A stretch of 64,000 nt of DNA from Eledone cirrhosa (Eukaryota). The notes beneath the pieces were generated by a model, which saw only the letters and a program-made list of their open reading frames with translations, made no database searches and had not been told where the DNA came from. Positions 58,746 to 64,000 of this stretch are shown one piece after another. Position numbers and translations under genes: made by a program. The stretch lies in contig OZ024761.1 in assembly GCA_964016885.1 (NCBI GenBank), positions 15,004,001 through 15,068,000 on the forward strand, read 5' to 3'. Position 1 is the stretch's first letter, and the number at the start of each line of letters is the position of its first letter.

Positions 58746-59104
58746 GCCCACACTGTAAAGTGGTCATGTAAAAGACATGGCAAAAAGCACCCAGCACACA
58801 TTGTAAATGTGGTTGGCGCTAGGAAGGGCATCCAGCCATAGAAAACCAGCCTGAGATAGTCCTATATGAGCAAAACATGGTCACCCGCCCCAACTTGCCT
58901 CTGAATGGGACACACCCGTCTAACTCATGCTAGCGTGGAAGATAGACATAAAACGATGATGATGATGTATATATATATATGTATATATATGTGTGTGTGT
59001 GTATATATATATGTATGTGTGTGTTTGTATATATATATATATGTATGTGTGTGTGTATATATATGTGTGTATATATATGTATGTGTGTGTGTATATATGT
59101 ATAT

Positions 59105-59437
59105 ATCATCATTTTACATCCGCTTTTTCCCTGCTTGCATGGGTGGGATGGGAACTGATTCTGGCTTGATTTCTACAGCTGGATGCCCTTCCTAACACCA
59201 ACCTCATTTACAGTGAGTGCTGGGTGCTTTTTTGCCGTGGCACCCCCACGACCATTTTGCAGTGGAATGATAGGGGACCCCAGTCCCTATCATCTCATTT
59301 CTACAGCTGAGTAAACTGGAGCAATGTGAAATAAAGTGTCTTGCTCAAGGAAACAACACATCACCCGGTCTGAGAATTGAACTCACAACCTTTCGATTGC
59401 AAGGCCAATGCTCTAACCACTAAGCCATGTGCCTCCA
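59105..59437 (-). mobile_element. tRNA-derived SINE, RTE tail
   Basis: Reverse complement of 9013-9358. Confidence 0.9.
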
Positions 59438-59457
59438 TATGTGTGTATATATACATA

Positions 59458-59528
<71 letters not shown>

Positions 59529-59670
59529 ATAATTTATCTGATTGAAAAAACACGTGATAAAAGTTCCAAGTTCAAAAGTCAATGAGTGTGTAATTATGTG
59601 AATATATGTGTAAATCTGTATGTACGTGCATGTGTGTGTGTGTGTGTGGTGGACTGAATATATATCTATG

Positions 59671-59702
<32 letters not shown>

Positions 59703-59776
59703 GAGTGAATATATATCTATATATGTGTGTGTGTGTGGAGTGAATATATATCTATATATATATGTGTGTGGAGTGA

Positions 59777-59811
<35 letters not shown>

Positions 59812-61099
59812 GGGGGGTGTATGTATGTTTTTTTTACTCTCTCAAGATTACCTGACATGTAAATAAAACCAGTTAAAAATAAGAGGGAGAGAGAAAGAAA
59901 GAGAGTGTGAGAGAGAGAGAGAGAGAAAGAGGACGAGGAGTTGATCAACATGGAGGATAAAAAATGTTTGAATAGGCAGAGATAGGGATATCTGGTTAGA
60001 AAAAGATAGAGAAAATAGTGTCAAGTACTTTGCTTCATCTAACTGCACAATCCGCGAACCCTAACATGTGTGGTCTTGTGTTTAAGTTGGCAGTTACTAA
60101 TCATGTCTCGTCATTTGTCTCACAGCAACTCTCTTTTGCTGAGTTGTTGTTTTGGAGCAAGGGCTTAGGGTTAACCCTTTCTCTACCATATTTCCAATGA
60201 AAGACACTGCCTGCTATTTTCAAATAATTTTGAAAACAAAAAAAAAAAACAAGAATTTGAAGTGAATTTCAATATAATCAACTTTCTAATTAGAAACTGT
60301 CAGTCACAACTCCTGGCAGAAAAAAAGGAGCTGATCAACAGATGAAACCAATGTAACAATGTTTCCATTGGTCTTTTGTAATAAGTACCTTTGTTGTAAT
60401 GGTAGCAGGAAGGCGTTCAAGAGAGATTCACAACGGTAAAATTCATAAAGGAAGAAATTCGATGTTGGACTGATACATTAGTAATGATTGCTACTTCAGG
60501 AAAACGGAGATGTAATAATGATGTTCATATTCCATAGTAGCGGAAATTATATCCTTAAAGAAGATAGAAATGTAAGGCTGCGTGTTTATGTTTAGTCCTG
60601 GTGAAAAGATCAGAAGGCATATTTAAACATAATAAAGATTTATTTTTGCTTGGCGTGAACGCATGTACAAGGGGTGTGAAGTGGTACAGAGATTTTGTGT
60701 AACAAAGCTGACATGTAATGGCAAATCTCTGAAAGGCAAGTACTTTGGAACCAAGTTGTCGGTTACGGTAAATCTCCTAAAAGCCGTATAATGAAACTAC
60801 TCTCATTGTTAGAGAGCAAAGTGACAGGAGTAGGGAAGCCATTACGAGCTGCTAGACGACTCCAAAATGCAACTGGTGGGTAGTTTTGAAAGATGGTGCA
60901 TAGACCGGGAAAGCCATTTGTGAGCTGCTGGTGTCAACAAAATATAAAGAGCAACTGCTACCTAAAACTGAAAAAAGGTGCAAAGCAACAGCTGGGCGGA
61001 AGTCGTCTTTTGTATTCATACGCCACCAACCCTAAGGGCTGGCGAGTGACAAAGCACGACCAAATTACTCCGCAGCGATAAAATAGTGCCATTGCTTGC

Positions 61100-61425
61100 T
61101 ACAGGTATTTCCATTGCTGATATTATGTCAGTCACAACTACTGGCAGAAAAAACAAGCTGGTCATCAGATCAGACCAAGGGAGCAGTGTTTTTATTGGTC
61201 TTTCCATTGCTGATAATATCTGTCAGTCACAACTCCTGTCAAAAGAAAGAAGCTGATCATCAGATCAAACCAATGTTTCCATTGGTTTTTCCATTGCTGA
61301 TATGATCTGCCTGTTACAACTCCTGGTAGAAAGGAGCTTATCACCAGATCAGACAAAGGAGATTATATATCCATTGGTCTGTCTATTACTGATACTATCT
61401 GCCTGTCACAACTCCTGATAGAAGC
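61100..61425. repeat. Degenerate about 90-bp tandem repeat (extra unit 60297-60375)
   Basis: ccattgctgata...gtcacaactcctgg...atcagatca units. Confidence 0.75.
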
Positions 61426-61981
61426 ATCAACACTTCTCCAGTGACAGCAGGCAGGATTTGAACTCAGAATGCACAGAGGCAAAACATATATTGTAAAGCA
61501 TCCCATCCAACATTTTAACAATTCTTATCCTCCAATCCTACTGAATTAGTACTTTGTTTAACAACCTTAAAAGGATAAAATGTAAAGTTGACCTCAGTAT
61601 GCTTTGAACTTGGAGTGCAGTGGGATAGATCAAACATGGTGGTATTTAATCATCTGGTGCATTGACAATTTTGCCAAATCACCAGTTGTGTAATGAATAA
61701 CTACCAGTTCTTCATTCCTGCAAAAACCTGTCCACACTTCCACAGAGCAATCAGTGTTGATAAAGACAATGATGATGATGATGAAAATGATAACGAAGAT
61801 CTTTTAAATAAGAGGTGCTAATAGGTCTCAACCAGCTAATGGCCTATGCCTGATAAAACATTTAAAAATAGAAGAAATGATAACATATACATGTGTGTGT
61901 GTGTTAGTAAGATACTCAATACATTAGTAGAGTGTAAACATTGTGTTTAATATAGAAGTGGCTTCTACTGCACTAGAAATC

Positions 61982-62120
61982 ACCACTTCTTGGCCTTTTG
62001 GCTAAGATCAAAGTGTATCTTTCCTTATCATCTTGATATCTGATCTGGTCCCTATATAGGACCATCAATATTAAACTGATTTTTAGAACTAGACAAAGAG
62101 TTAGGGGCTTGCTTTGCCAG
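61982..62120 (+). pseudogene. U2: U2 snRNA pseudogene (5' about 140 nt)
   Basis: accacttcttggccttttggctaagatcaaagtgta-tctttccttatcatcttgatatctgat resembles the U2 5' end; Sm-site-like gattttt and stem III ggggcttgct present; GTA deleted from the GUAGUA branch-pairing sequence; stem IV absent. Confidence 0.9.
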
Positions 62121-62365
62121 ATCATTTCTTTTTAATGGAACAGTTCTAGTCCTGTAGAAGCCACTTCTATATTAAACATGATCTATATATATCATCATCA
62201 TCGTTTAATGTCTATCTTCCACACTAACATAAAGAGTCAGGACCCCGACGGCTGAGCTCCAGCCGTTTTGACAGATCCGAACTATTACCCACTCTACTAC
62301 CCTATGTATCGAGTACTCTGGTGCATTATTGTCCACTTGGTTCCTTACCACACTTTATTTGTTTT

Positions 62366-62702
62366 ATCATCATTTCATTTTGCGTCCGCTTTTTCCCTGC
62401 TTGCAAGGGTGGGACGGGAACTGATTCTGGCTTGATTTCTACAGCTGGATGCCCTTCCTAACACCAACCTCATTTACAGTGAGTGCTGGGTGCTTTTTTG
62501 CCGTGGCACCTGCACGACCACTTTGCAGTGGAATGATAGGGACCCCAGCCCCTATCATCTCATTTCTACAGCTGAGTAAACTGGAGCAATGTGAAATAAA
62601 GTGTCTTGCTCAAGGAAACAACACATCACCCGGTCTGAGAATTGAACTGACAACCTTTCGATTGCAAGGCCAATGCTCTAACCACTAAGCCTTGTGTGCC
62701 TC

Positions 62703-62704
<2 letters not shown>
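62366..62704 (-). mobile_element. tRNA-derived SINE, RTE tail
   Basis: Reverse complement of 9013-9358. Confidence 0.9.
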
Positions 62705-62746
<42 letters not shown>

Positions 62747-63036
62747 GTTTGGTTCACACAGATTATTTCGATAAAAAAGGTAAATGTGGTAGGTAGTAGA
62801 TGGCTGCATAGGTAGGTAGGTATGGTAGAGGGGAAGAGTCAGAGGTTTGGTATACTTATCAAAAATATTGGAGTGGAGGGCGGTTGAGGTTGAAGGGGGA
62901 GAGAGGTAGAGGCATTGAAAGGGGAGGGGTGGAGAGAAGATAGAGTGGATCAAGAGTGGCATTGATAATTAGTTGAAATATCGTTAGATGAATAACGAGG
63001 GTGGTTGAAACAGGACTGATTAGAAAGTGGGACAAA

Positions 63037-63135
63037 GAAGAAGAAGGAGTCGAAGAAGAAGGAGTCGAAGAAGAAGGAGCCGAAGAAGAAGGAGTCGAAG
63101 AAGAAGGAGTCGAAGAAGAAGGAGTCGAAGAAGAA
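63037..63135. repeat. 15-bp tandem repeat
   Basis: gaagaagaaggagtc x about 6. Confidence 0.9.
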
Positions 63136-63533
63136 ACGGTGGAAAGGATGGAGTAGGGAATGAGAGATAATGACATGAAAAACACTGGGAAAACTAAACT
63201 CTAGGCTTGGCCCCTTTAATTAACCTTCTCTGATCAGAGAAATAACATATACACACACATACACCTGCACATACGGACAAACATATACTCTCAAACACAT
63301 ATAAATAACCCTTACCCTCACTCCACTCCATTCCACCACATACATGCTCACATATTCACACACTCACATATTCATACCCTCACACACACAGAGAGAGCTC
63401 CCGCCTAAATCCCCTCTGCAACTCTCACACACATCACCACTCTCCCCCATTCTCAAACTCAGTCCCTAAACATTACTCAACTCGCGCCCCCCTCACTCAT
63501 CCTCCACATACACACTAGCAACACTAATAAACC

Positions 63534-63725
63534 ATGTTTAAACAGCCAGGGGCCATCTGTGGTGGGGTGTTGTTGCTCCTACTGGCCTCAACGTTTGGAG
63601 ATTCTCTACACAATTCTTCTGAACACACAACTCCCAAAAATGTACCTGAGGATCTGTTACTATTTCTTGCAGACAAATACGACTCCAAGCTTGGATATTT
63701 TGATTTGATGTCCCTCGTGCCTTTG
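63534..63725 (+). CDS. Probable first coding exon of an unidentified secreted or membrane protein
   Basis: accATG start, signal-peptide-like MFKQPGAICGGVLLLLLASTFG-DS, 64 non-repetitive codons, donor TTG|GTAAGA at 63726 (phase 0). An alternative is a 54-nt internal exon from the ttcttgcAG acceptor near 63671. Confidence 0.55.
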
Positions 63726-63919
63726 GTAAGATTTTTTTTTGTGTACGGTTTTCCTTATATTGTATATTGTTGTTACTATTACTGTTATTGATGTTGTAGT
63801 TGTTGTATACAAACATACATTCTATATAATATCTAAGTATCGAGTACTCTGGTGTGTTATGGGTCACCTGGTTTCTTACCACACTTTCTTTGTTATATAT
63901 ATATATATATGTATATATA

Positions 63920-64000
63920 TATAGAGTGAAGCATGTCCAGAGAATTATGCTTTACTCTATAGTATTTCGCTCTGATTAATTTATTAATTCTCCATTGAGC
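63920..64000 (+). mobile_element. Short fold-back with tail, cut by the window end
   Basis: tatagagtgaagcat / atgctttactctata, then GCTC-tg...ca-tt-GAGC. Confidence 0.6.

Noticed and set aside
60380-61080. Possible decayed LINE coding sequence
   Set aside because: Complex sequence interrupting a tandem repeat, but I could not read convincing RT or endonuclease motifs.
61982-62120. Functional U2 snRNA gene
   Set aside because: Branch-pairing GUAGUA partly deleted, stem IV missing, CpG decay, and the upstream sequence is an element arm rather than a promoter.

Overview
Eukaryotic, AT-rich, microsatellite-saturated DNA; the SINE families suggest an octopod cephalopod (inference). Almost all ORFs in the supplied track are (TA)n/(CA)n/trinucleotide-repeat artefacts. 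Real coding content: three phase-compatible 3' exons of a HIPK (homeodomain-interacting protein kinase) gene on + (197-519, 1900-2917, 31620-32133; 28.7-kb intron), a probable signal-peptide exon of a second gene (63534-63725), a 5'-truncated RTE-type LINE with a PHD finger inside its RT, two further LINE ends and an internally deleted mariner. There are also many tRNA-derived SINEs, MITEs and minisatellites. The most striking unexplained structure is about 20 short insertions, mostly within (TA)n tracts and from sequence-unrelated families, that share one architecture: a fold-back (inverted arm + direct arm), often a minimal hammerhead ribozyme, and a 3' tail beginning with a conserved RCTC-stem-loop-2nt bulge-GAGY hairpin a few nt past the fold-back end point. 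These look like Penelope-like retroelement termini. One carries a U2 snRNA copy at its inversion junction. All coordinates were read by eye; repeat boundaries are approximate.
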